From: Octopus sinensis
Lineage: Eukaryota
DNA: 30,659 nucleotides
Assembly: GCF_006345805.1 (NCBI RefSeq)
Contig: NW_021832522.1
Location: 1 to 30,659, forward strand
Direction: 5' to 3'
Shown: piece by piece, positions 1 through 11,004 of the stretch
How the letters are laid out: every line of letters begins with the position of its first letter
Position numbering within the stretch: the first letter of the stretch is position 1
Translations under genes and position numbers: made by a program
The notes under the pieces: model-generated
What the model saw: only the letters and a program-made list of their open reading frames with translations
The model's database searches: none
Told to the model about the DNA's origin: nothing

Positions 1-242
1 AATATAAAAACTATTATTTGACATGGACAAACAGGTCCTATGTAATGAAGTTTAAAAATTAATTAACATTTAACAGTTATTTATTTTGGCGAGACATCAA
101 CACCGATTTTTCTCACCATTTGAAAATTCGGCCATTCTCGCGCGGAAATCTCGCTCTGTCTACTGTCGATCCTGGGCACTCTTTGAGGCTGGCCGAGGGT
201 AGCAAGATTCCTAAATTTCAGAGCTGCAGTCTATATAAAACA

Positions 243-1084
243 ATGGAAGTAACATTCTACTACGAAAGAAGTAAATAAAACTTTTCAAACAAAAAAGCCA
301 ATTTTAGCTAAAACAAATGCTCCCGACAAAAGCTGTAATGAATTTTTGTATTAAAATATCAGATACAAATAATAACATCAAAATTTCCCAGATTGCCAAT
401 AACGCCATCATTGGTTTTTCTGGGAACATGTATGTTTTGGATTTCTTGGAGCAAGAATTTTCTCGTTATTTTCTGTATTTTTTGAATTAATTTGTTTTCT
501 AGACGGTCTTGGAATGTATACCTAATGTTTTTGAAGGATTTTATTAAAAAAATTCTATCAAATTTCATACTTCCACACCAATTATCGGTATATTTGAGTT
601 CTTGTTATATTTTTAGACCGTTATTCTCTTATGTGTGCATAATGCAGGAATTTATCAATTTGCAATAAATTCCTTCTCAACTGTAGACTGCACATGTCGC
701 GTTACGACAATCGGGTCAGGCGGAATAAGGACGCGTACTTGGATAAATATGCAGTATTTTCTTTTATAATCATTGCCAGTTATCGTGGAATTCATACAAC
801 ACAGAGTGAGGCTATTGAGTTAGCCCACAATGCCATTAAACATGCAGCACTGACTGATCGATTTACTGGAGGATTTTCCAATAGTATATTTGCATATATA
901 ATACTTTAGTTGAATTTATAATTTATGAATTTATAAATGAATATAATGAGGAAAGTTAATTATTATATATTTAAGATATGAATATGTTTATATTAATAAA
1001 ATTTAAATAAATTATTAGTATACTTTAGTTTATACAATCTCGATTCTTGGAATAAATTTTGTCGTCCTTTTTCAGCTTTTTTAA
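243..1084 (+). CDS. Divergent 20S proteasome beta subunit (beta5-like), multi-exon with micro-introns
   Basis: Removing GT-AG introns at about 271-307, 335-362, 475-502, 588-616, 755-780 and 884-1028 gives ...KISQIANNAIIGFSG...TIGSGGIRTRTWINMHYRGIHTTQSEAIELAHNAIKHAALTDRFTGGFSNIYTISILG. This aligns by eye to beta5 (VGSGS...[32 protein letters not shown]). The start codon and N-terminal exons are uncertain. Confidence 0.75.
921..1022 (+). repeat. Copy 1 of a ~102-bp AT-rich direct repeat, inside an insertion bounded by an 11-bp duplication
   Basis: Matches 1901-2003 except for one substitution and one indel. ATACTTTAGTT occurs on both sides, at 901-911 and 1020-1030. Confidence 0.9.
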
Positions 1085-1259
1085 TGCGTATCGATTCTAA
1101 TCTTCATTAATTTTTTATTGTCATACATTTTTCTTAAATTATTAAAACTAGCTAATAAACAATTCCGTGAAAAGAAAAAAATATTAAGATAATATCGAGC
1201 AACATATATAAAAACTAAATATGACAAAGAAGTCAGACGTTCTTCAGGAAAAGTTGTTT

Positions 1260-1725
1260 GTGGCTGTTAAACAGAGCGCTGCGGATACTATCGGTTATAG
1301 AGACAACCGTTCAAGCATCTTCAAAAACAAGGCCCGTCGGTTCCAGAATTGAAGGGAAACCAGCTCTTTTCAGAGCTTTGTGAATTAGATTGTTAATTTC
1401 AGTGTGCCGAGGAAATCGGCCGGCGCTTATTCGGATGTAGCCAAAGGCGTCAACTTTATCCCCACAACAACAGAGGTGAGGTCTGCAGACAGGGAGTCGA
1501 AGGTACCCAAGATACCCAAACGGAGTGAATCCCTATCGAGGACAGTATCCAAAGGTGGAGAAGGGAGTACATTCAGCCAGGAGCCTGAGTATGGCTGACA
1601 GGCGGAACGGAAACAAGTCAGTCTGTGTTGGTCGAGGAGTGGTTCCAAGTCAGTTGAAGGTCGACGGCAAAGAATTTTGTCCCAATCTCGCTGAGAAAAG
1701 ACATCGGAAGGGACTTTATTTCCAC
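1260..1725 (-). mobile_element. Degenerate CRE-clade non-LTR retrotransposon fragment (C-terminal region)
   Basis: Minus-strand peptides YSGSWLNVLPSPPLDTVLDRDSLRL and AGFPSILEPTGL match CRE motifs (SGAWLxxLP..LD..LR; LEPxGL). Internal deletions and stop codons are present. Confidence 0.75.
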
Positions 1726-1900
1726 TAATTTTAAATTATCGATTGAAGTAACACTCACTTCCACATTAATTGGCTTATTTGTAGAGAAATATATTAGATT
1801 TCTATTTCAAAAGTGATAGAGCATGCTCATTAATTACTCTTAAGTCGATAAGCTTACTTTCCTAAAGTCTTCCTATACACTTTTGTACTTCCTTTTTAAT

Positions 1901-2003
1901 ATTTTTGAATTTATAAATGAATATAATGAGGAAAGTTAATTATTATATATTTAAGATATGAATATGTTTAATATTAATAAAATTTAAATAAATTATTAGT
2001 ATA
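1901..2003 (+). repeat. Copy 2 of the ~102-bp repeat, immediately upstream of the RPL41 start codon
   Basis: Near-identical to 921-1022. It ends 8 nt before the ATG at 2012, and no flanking duplication was seen. Confidence 0.9.
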
Positions 2004-2011
2004 ACGTGTTG

Positions 2012-2145
2012 ATGAGGGCTAAGGTTGTGTCATGTTAATAATTTTTAGTGGAAAAAGAAAAGGATGCGAAAACTCAAACGCAAGCGTCGTCAAATGCGGA
2101 ATCGGTTAGAAATTTCCCCTTTAAATCATTTTTAGTGCAAAGTAG
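2012..2145 (+). CDS. RPL41: 60S ribosomal protein L41 (eL41/eS32), 25 aa, 3 exons
   Basis: Exons 2012-2023, 2049-2104 and 2136-2145, with GT-AG introns of 25 and 31 nt, give MRAKWKKKRMRKLKRKRRQMRNRAK*. It is absent from the ORF track because of its size. Confidence 0.95.
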
Positions 2146-2435
2146 TTAATTTTCACTGATTTGATCTTTCTGTTTAATAATTACATTTTTTCCATTCTTT
2201 TTGATCAGATATATATTTCTTTAAATTAGACGCGTAGCCCTCGTTAGCTTACACGTGAATAAGTACTTAGGCTATTAGGGCCATGCATTGAGAGGCATCT
2301 ACAAAGGGTCTTTATTACGGTTTCAATAGAATCCTCATAATGACTTACAAAGTAAGTTAGAAAAATAAAATTATTTAAAGAAATTTTTAAATCATAAATT
2401 TTAATAAAATAATGTTAATTTAAATAGATTTTTAT

Positions 2436-5249
2436 ATGGAGTCTTGTGAGTTCACGTGCAAAATAATCGAAAGTATAAAGAATTTTAAAGTATTAAATTC
2501 ATTTAATAAAAGAACGAAATTGAAGATAATATCAAATACGAGAACTTGAAGTCTGCAATAAGAAATCATCTTAGCCGGCCTTTAAAGAACATTATCAAAT
2601 CAGTAGACACACTCTCATCTCAAGAAAATGCTCACAACATTTTTTTCGACATTATCCGCCTGGATATTGGCAATGTTTCAGAGAATTCTATTCTTCTTCG
2701 TGCTTATTTCGTCATAGTTCTCCAGTTTGACTGGCTAGATTACTTCATCAAAGTAATTTACTCAAAAAACTCTTAGAAAAGTGGTTCGTTGAGCCCCGCT
2801 GAGCAAATTCCACTTTACGCGAATCTTATTTCTGTCTTAAACGAAAGTGAACCTGGAAATTCGCTGTTTCCGGCAAAATTTCAGCAAATTTTTATTTTCA
2901 TATTTTCCGATGAAAACAGCTTTGTTTTTAAAAAACCGGAAACTGATTATTTCACTTTGATTGAGGCCGCAATGACCACATTGATGGATAGATTTACTCC
3001 CAAATTCGTGCTCAAAATATACCTGAACTACTCTTTGCTTCTCAATCAACAGGAATTAAAATTTTTCGATATTTTTACCCGCAATGTTGGGATTTTAGTC
3101 AAAAATGGACGGGTTGGTCTTGATTTTGTACTTTCTCTAATCCTCGATATGTTTTTAAAAGTCGATTCCTCTTCTTTTGCTCAGTTTCTGGTCCTTCGCA
3201 GTGTTCCTATCAATTTCTCCTTTTATAAGTGCATTGAGCCTTTGATAAAATTCTTTGATTTGTCAACCAGTGACCTCATAAACCAGCTTCCGTGGGAACC
3301 AAGACAAGTTTTATTGTCCGTCAAGTCGGTTGTTGGGCTGTGTGGAGGATCTGTACCAACCTGTGGAGATATTTTATGTTGGCTACTCGAATTTATTCCC
3401 GGAAAGACCTCAAAGAATGAAGTTATGAGGGAAATGTATCTCTCGTCTGATCATTGCTTAGTTTTGATGCCATTCATTCAGCATTCAATCAGAATTTCCG
3501 AATATTTGAGGATATTTCGACCTGGCTGCTCCTCACCGACTTGATGAGACTATTTAAGGACCAGGGCGGACATCGAGTTAAATTTGCGGATTAATTTTAG
3601 TTATTACGGGATCTTTTTAAAAAACAGTCCCGCAAATTCCGGTCCTCACTCCCTCCCTTGGAATGTCCGTTGGATATCGAGACTTTGTGTGAGAAGGGAC
3701 TATCGACTTGTAGTGATTGGTCATTGGAGTGGTCATTTTTTGCTTCTTATTACAAAACTGCGGTCAGACTGGTTCAAGAATTTATTAAAGCTAAACCAGA
3801 ACACGTCAATTTGACTAGAATTTGCAGAGAATTTACCAAAAGGACTGATTTGCTGAGAATTTTGGGAGAAAATGTAACAGTCTTCTGTTCAGACGAGTCC
3901 CTGTTAACAAGTCGACTCGAGTTTTTGATTTCTGTTTTGTAATTTTTGATATTTTTAGAAAAATTGTCTCGTCGATGGATTTTTGGACAGTTTTTATGAT
4001 TTGGTTGTCGCCCCTGTGATTGATGCATGTTCCCTCAACAGTCCCAAGTCGGCAATTTATTCAACTCTTACTGTTGCAGAGGTAGACTACTCAAATGACT
4101 ATTTTAGACTTTTTGTGTCAGCTGTGATAGGAATACGACTGAAGTTGTCAAGTTTATACTTTATTTGTTGGATTTCACTCATTTTTTGTTTAAAAACTCA
4201 GAGAGTGGTGAGATGGTCCCCAATCCTTCCCACTTTATGTACGTCAAAAGTAGGGTTTTGGGGTCTTTGGTGTGCATTTCTAAGGTGGAGACAGTCCGCG
4301 AAGCTGTTTCAAGTTGATTGCAAATAAATCGAATTTAGACGTGTTAAATGACATTCATTCCCCCACACTTTTGACTCATTTCTACGTAAAACAAATATTC
4401 GGAATATCGTCACACAAACTGACAACCCAGTTGACTATGTTTGCTAATATTTAGTGAGTTGTCTGGACAGGATTGCCTGGGAGTGGCCGATCTGGTAAAC
4501 CTTGCTCGCTCTGGCTGTTTACAAGCACACGTTAAGGTGGATTACTGTCATTTGCTGTTGGCTGTTTCGTCAGTTAATGACTTTTGGGGTTGATTTTGAT
4601 AGATTGTGCCGCATTGCACGTCTCGGGAGTTTAGATCAGTTGTCGAATTCTGTTCTTCTCTCATCTGTCCAGACACCTGTTGTGAAAACCATTTGGCATG
4701 TATTATTCAATATTCTGACCCACTAATAGCTGCAGCCACGTTTTCGTCAGTTTCGACATTCTTGTGTCATTTGATGTCTGTGCTGTTGCCCAATTTGTCT
4801 GATTTTGGCGACTATCGACGACAGCTTACGGGATATTATTTAAGCTTCGTTCGAGTTAGTTTATGTGCTGATTGGACAGAAGAAATTGTTGGTGGATGCT
4901 CAGTGTTTTGTCAATGAGACGATTCGAGGACTAGTGCTGGACGAATTGAAGCATCAGCTTACTAATCTTGTTGCGTTGCTGATGGACAGGGACTGTGATG
5001 AATTCTCTATGATCAACTCGGTTATTTTTTCGTTGACTCAATGAGTTTTTGAATGTGTGGTTTTTTGAGGGGTTTAAAATATGCGACTGAGTTAAAATTT
5101 TTTGTTAATTTGAGTAGCTATGGACTTTTTTATAACACTGATTTTCACTGAATGATTTAATTATGTAATAATTTTGCTCAGCTGAGTATCCTCGTGACAT
5201 GCCAGCTCCGCAAGTTGATCTTCGTTATCAACCTGGATTATTGAATTAA
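2436..5249 (+). CDS. Unidentified multi-exon protein of roughly 800 aa, no recognised domain
   Basis: ORF-track pieces 2546, 2789, 3658, 3983 and 4606 can be joined through phase-compatible micro-introns, for example the 23-nt gtattaaattcatttaataaaag, 2753-2776, 3436-3461 and 3939-3958. The 3' exon structure and stop codon are approximate. Confidence 0.65.
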
Positions 5250-5333
5250 TTTATTATAATGAAGGTATGTTTTTAATTAAAATACTATTAATTAAAACAC
5301 GATAATAGTCTCAGTTTTTAAAATACACTCACA

Positions 5334-8107
5334 ATGTGGCACCGAAACATGGTTTGTTTAAATCAGAAAAATTATTATTTGTAGAAGCTAGTGAAATTTT
5401 TTCCAGATAAATTAAAAAATTTTATACGAAATGTTAGCCATCAAATAGAGTATGGGAACAGGTTTTTAATAAAAATTACCTCAAGCATTCTAACAGTGGA
5501 AACCGATAAAATAGGACGACAGGCTGCCGGGTCAGTCTTGGTTCAAGTAAATTATTTTTGAATTATTTTGAGTGCAAAAATTGCACAATGATAAGTTCAA
5601 TCGTCGCTGTCAATCAAGCAGCCGCCGTCGGACCATCTTTGAATGTTTTTTGTACATTTAAATATTTTTTGGTCGATTTCAAATCACGAAATAAACAGGA
5701 AGGGCAAATCAACAATAAAAGGAAACCAAATGTCAATATTGAGACCCAAGTTCTGACAAGCAGACTGATCGGTTTTTGTATTTTTATCACATTAGACCGA
5801 TCAATCAGACCGATTTTGGACCCTCGGATGGACTTTGCTCTCAACGTTAGTATTTTGTTTTGTAATTCCAAAGATGCACGTTAAATCTCTTTCTACTGAC
5901 CATACATTTGATTCCGAGGTTTTGGGCATCAATGCGGGTTATTAAAATTTGGTTTTCTTTTTTAGGATCTCTGAGTCTGGTTTCTTCCCATTTGCCCATT
6001 AACCGAACAGTCGCAGCGATTCGGTTGGCTTTGATGCCGAATGGGTCAATAATTTTGTTTCCCTCAAAACAAGAGCTTTTAGAATGTTCAGGAAACATTG
6101 TCATGGTCGTGGACTCGAATGGAAAGATAAGTAATTGGAATTACCTCAATGAGTAGTCATGTTGGAGGGGGCCATGGATAACCAACCAACTTCCGTGGTG
6201 ATGCGAGCCATTTCCACGGCCTGGGAAAACTGTGTGCTTCTTGCAGGACGTTTTTTGAGAATTCAGAAGGAAGTGATACATTTTGATGATACAAATTCTG
6301 AAATCAACGTTCGAGAAATTTCAGGGTTTGGTCAATTTGATATAAGTAGATGTCTTAAAGACTATTTTTTGGAATTTCTAAATCTTCCGCCTTCCGATAA
6401 GGTAATTTTGTGTGCCACCTGTAGAAAAGTGGAGTTGAAGCACTCTCATTGCTCAAATCAAAGTTCACAGAAAAGGCCATTGGTTTGTAAATATACGTCT
6501 TTAGCCAAGAACTGAACATTCCTTCTGACTCTCATAACAACATATTTAACAATCTACTGACTACTCATTTCCGTGATCACATTCTTCGGTCTGAAGTGAG
6601 GACTGACGGAAGGACCTTTTCTCAAATTAGAGACGTCTCTTGTGAGGTAGATATAGCACCAGGAATACACGGTTCTGCCATTTTCCGACGGGGGGAGACA
6701 CAAGTATTAGAAAAGATTGTTCATAGTAGGTTTTGAGTTGTGTCGAGTTGTTATCCCCATATTCCACGTCACGGAGACATCCATTTTCCGCGATTACCGG
6801 GTTGGTGTTACCTGCTAATCGTGTCTCAGTGCCTGTGTCGATAAGCAATTCGAACTGATCTATGAAGTATATATTTTTTATATTTGGCTTAGTTTCCGCC
6901 TTATTCGACAAACGAGGTTAGACAGAGTGGAAACTTGAATCGAAGGGAGATGGGTCATGGTAAGAGTACTGTATGACATGTCAGGGGCACTGGCGGAGAG
7001 AGCTCTCCTTCCGACCATTCCAAAGGCGGGAAATCGGTTTTTTAGTGTATCTTGTGACGTCACGGATTCCCATGGTGTGAAAATTCGTGATTTATTCAGG
7101 CTCATCTTCAATGGCTTCCGTATGTGCTGGATCGTTGGCGTTGATGGACGCGGGAGTTCAAATCACGGAATTGGTGGCTGGGATTGCCATGGGGGTTGTG
7201 AGTACGTCATGTGGGAGACGGTGGAAGGTCATCACCGACATCACTGTTGATCAAAAATGCTATTTTTAAGGGAATGGAAGACTCCCTTGGAAACATGGAT
7301 TTTAAAGTAGCTGGAAGTGTCCGTGGATTCAATTCTATGCAGGTTAGTGTTTGTGACCATTGGGTAGTTGGATGTCAAGGGAGATGGAATATGCTTAGAT
7401 ATACTAGCAGACTCGCTGGAGAAAGGGCATGGTTTGTTATTGCAGTTATAATCTTTTTAGAGGCAATTTGTCGTTTGGTAAATCAAATGAAAACAGCAAT
7501 TGATAAGCCACGGGAATCAGTAAAGGAGTGCTGGCCTGTCAGCAGAGTATTGGAAGTGACCTCAAGTCAGCGAGCCCGCATCATTGGATCGGGGGGACAG
7601 GGACTCAGACGACATTTCAGTCAGTCTGGTTAGGCATATTTAATTATTTTTAGGTGTACTTGTTGAACCTCTTGACGAGAATTGTCTTTTTTTATTTGCT
7701 CCTTCTGTTGAGGCCTTGGAATATGCTCGAGAGGCACTGAATGAGACGATCCTTCAAAACGTATTCTAAACGATATATCATTTTCTAGAAAGAAGTAGAT
7801 TTAAAATTGTATCAAGTCTATGATGCCACAATAGTTGAAATGACGTTTGTTTTTTGAGTTATTCGTAGTGATAATGGTGTTTGGGTGAGAGTCTACAAAA
7901 CAATGCAGCCAATTTTTCTTCACTGTAATCACCTTTCTCTCGACAATGTATTTATTTTGTTATATTTTTGAGACTAAGAAACCAGCTGATCTCGGATTTT
8001 ATGAAGGGTTGAATATTCGAGTACAATATTTTGGGATTGATTCGATGACTGGCAATCATCGTTTGTCTCGGAAATTGGCTCTGACAAAAGAAATGGAAAT
8101 TAATTGA
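5334..8107 (+). CDS. PNPT1: Mitochondrial polyribonucleotide nucleotidyltransferase (PNPase), about 20 micro-introns
   Basis: The spliced frame contains [105 protein letters not shown]-type IIGSGG and an S1-type end (HRLSRKL). The N-terminus MWHRNMKLVKFF... is basic and presequence-like. No disabling lesion was found. Confidence 0.95.
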
Positions 8108-8349
8108 TTGTTGTGATTTATTGTTTTTATTGAGATAGTATTCAGTGTTGATATTTAGTTTTGCTTTTAGAGTTATTTGAATCTAGTTTGGTTCAATAAT
8201 GTTCAGAAAAACCACTTCGTAGTTGTTTTTCGTTGTCTTGAATATTCGAATCTCATTGTCTCCTTGTTAATATCTATTCCTTGTTAAATATTTAATCAGT
8301 CAATTAACTTTCATAAGCTTTAATTGCTTTTCTCCATTTTGGTCTAAAA

Positions 8350-10666
8350 CAGTGATTCTTAACGGGGGCGCTGGCGCCCCCCTGGGGGCGCTGGAACATA
8401 TTAGGGGGGCGCTGGAATTTTAATTTTTTTTAATTATTATAAATATTTTATTAGTTTTTGTAAATCATTATCACGTGCTTTTCTATTAATTCTAAATTCA
8501 AATTGTCTTGTGTGTACGTAAAAAAATTATTCACTGATAATATTTATAAATATTTGTTAATTGTATTTAATATTTTAGAACTTTTTAATAAATATTTTAA
8601 TTATATTTTATAGATGTCTGATAAAAAAGTAAAACGACGTATATATTCGGATGAATACCTAAAGTTTGGAGTGATACCCTACGACCATAACAATTCACTT
8701 CCAATGTGTCTTATGTGTAAAAAGGTCTTTACAAATGAAGGAATGAAGCCTTCAAGAATGCTAAATCATCTTAAGATTTGTCATCCTGACAAACTTGATG
8801 CGGATATCAATTATTTTTCTAATCTGAAATATAATTATGAAAATCGTCTTATGATTAATCAACTATTTACAAAAAATTCGAAGATGCTTGAAAAAGGCCT
8901 ATTAGCATCATACAAAATATCGCAATTGATAGCGAAATCAGGAAAACCTCATACTATTGGAGAGTCATTAATATTACCAGCTATCAAAGAAGTGTTAAAT
9001 TCAATGGTTGATTGTGATTCTGAACAAATAATTTCATCAATTCCTTTGAGTAATAGTTCTGTTTCTTCCAGAATTGATGAAATGGCATTTGATATCGAAG
9101 AAACCCTATGTGCATTTTTAAGAACAACAAAATTTTCAATTCAGATTGATGAATCGACATTCAACGATAGTGTTGCACTTTTATTAGTTTACGTACGTTA
9201 TATTAATCAAAATGATGTAATTCAAGAAGAATTTTTATTTTCTGAACACCTTGAACTCGATACAAGAGGATTAACAATTTTCAAAACTGTTGAACAATAT
9301 TTTTTGAAACATGAAATACCCCTTAGCAATATTTTTGCTTGTTCAACAGATGGGGCACCTGCGATGGTTGGAGTTCATCGTGGGTTTTTGGCATATATGA
9401 AGGAAAAAGTACCGAATATTTTTACAATCCATTGCGTCATTCACAGACAGCATTTAGCTGCGAAAAATTTAAGTGAGAGGCTGAATGAATCACTAAATGT
9501 TGTCATATGTGCAATAAATCGTATTAAAATGCACCCATTGAATTCGAGAATATTTCGACATATTTGTGAACAAAACGATGAGCATTATGAACGACTTCTT
9601 TTGCATACCCATGTTAGATGGCTTTCAAAAGGAAACTGTTTGTGTCGATTTTTTGAATTGTATGATTCAATCTTAGAATTTTGTCAGTTACATGAGCAGA
9701 GAATTTTTAGGTAATTATTCCTTAATCATTTTAGTAAGTTGATTTTATTGAAAGCTGATATAGCTTATCTAGCTGATATTTTTTATAAAATCAACCAAGT
9801 AAATATTAGCTTGCAAGGAAACAATATCAATTTAATAAATGTAAAAGGAATTATTATGCCTTTTATTGAAAAATTACAACTTTATGAAAACAATATTAAG
9901 AAAAAGATTTTTATTAATTTTCCAAATCTACAAAAATTTGGGGTTATTTTTTGTAATAATATTTATTAGGTCGAAAAATTAACGGATTCTGACTGTGAAT
10001 GCTTTTGCTTGCATCTAAAAATGTTAAAAGATGACATGAAAATCCGCTTTGAAGATTTAGAAAATTTAAAATTTTTTGATTGGTATATAAATCCATTTGA
10101 AACTGAAAACGTTAATTTATCTCAAGAAATAACAGAAAATTTATTAAATCTGAAATATGACTTTGAAGCTAAAGTCATTTTCAACAAATATGGATATCAA
10201 CAATTCTGGGTTACTCATAGAAAAAAATATCCTTTATTGTGGAATGAAATTGAAACACTTATAATAGCATTTCCTTCAACATATCTAGTTGAAAGAGGAT
10301 TTAGTGCAGTCTCTAATATTTTGACCAAAAAAAGAAATAAATTACAAATTGTGAATAGAGGAGATTTGAGACTAAGTCTGTCGACTATTGAAGCTGACAT
10401 AAAACGATTGACAAATTCCCATCAAGCACAAGGCAGTCACTAAAATTTTTTTATATAAAAAAGTTTGGTTTGTGAATACCCTTTTTAATTCTAAAAAATA
10501 ATAAGTAATATTCGAAAATATTAAAATGAAACAATTGGCGAAAAAATTGCCAAATAAATCTATAATTGAAAAAAAATAAATTAAATAATAGGGGGGCGCT
10601 GAAATTTTGAAGCTTCGAAATTGTGTCAAAAGGGGGCGCTGACTTAAAAAAGGTTAAGAACCACTG
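8350..10666 (+). mobile_element. hAT DNA transposon, Buster/Charlie (ZBED5/SCAND3-like) family, full length
   Basis: TIRs are CAGTGATTCTTAAC and CAGTGGTTCTTAAC (13/14). The 8-bp TSD GTCTAAAA is perfect (8342-8349, 10667-10674) with a central TA. Subterminal GGGGGCGCTG repeats number three on the left and two on the right. Confidence 0.96.
8614..10443 (+). CDS. Buster-type hAT transposase, 592 aa after removing two micro-introns
   Basis: Exons 8614-9710, 9735-9942 and 9970-10443 total 1779 nt. It has a BED finger (CLMC...HLKICH), QIDEST, TDGAPAM, HCVIH, RWLSKG and STYLVERGFS. Introns are 9711-9734 (24 nt) and 9943-9969 (27 nt). Confidence 0.9.
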
Positions 10667-11004
10667 GTCTAAAACATTTAGAGTTCAGACAAGGTAAACG
10701 GACAGGTAATCAAAAATACAGTCGGACCTCGTTATGAGCCAGACCTCGGGTATGATCCATACTCGCTTATGATACAAACTCTATTTTTGAGCCACGTTTT
10801 TTGAAACTGCTTTTTTCCTAAGGGGTTTGTAAAAATCAATTAAAAATAGACCTCGTTATGAGCCATCTAAAAATTGCTATAAACTAAATATTTTGTAATA
10901 TAATTATTTTTATTTTATATATTTTATCGTTTTTTTTAAAGAATTTTTTCCTTGCCGCGTTGTTATCTTTGTTGAAGTATTTTTCACTGTTCTATGTTTT
11001 CTAG

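Noticed and set aside
105-240. GC-richer stretch upstream of the proteasome gene
   Set aside because: It could be an upstream exon, a TE scrap or an ncRNA. No motif or convincing structure distinguishes these.
5558-7633. Many short ORF-track entries on both strands across PNPT1
   Set aside because: They are exon read-throughs or antisense shadows of one spliced gene, not separate genes.
8110-8349. Possible host gene interrupted by the Buster and Tigger insertions (minus frame LPVRLPCLNSKCFRPKWRKAIKAYE.. across the empty site)
   Set aside because: Short open frames can be rebuilt on both strands, and neither resembles a known protein. This is compatible with chance.
10719-10865. Short repeats with variable spacers (CCTCG..ATGAGCC), superficially CRISPR-like, also at 13441-13504
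   Set aside because: They are irregular, degenerate and confined to both ends of the Tigger element. They are subterminal transposase-binding repeats in a eukaryotic context with no cas genes.
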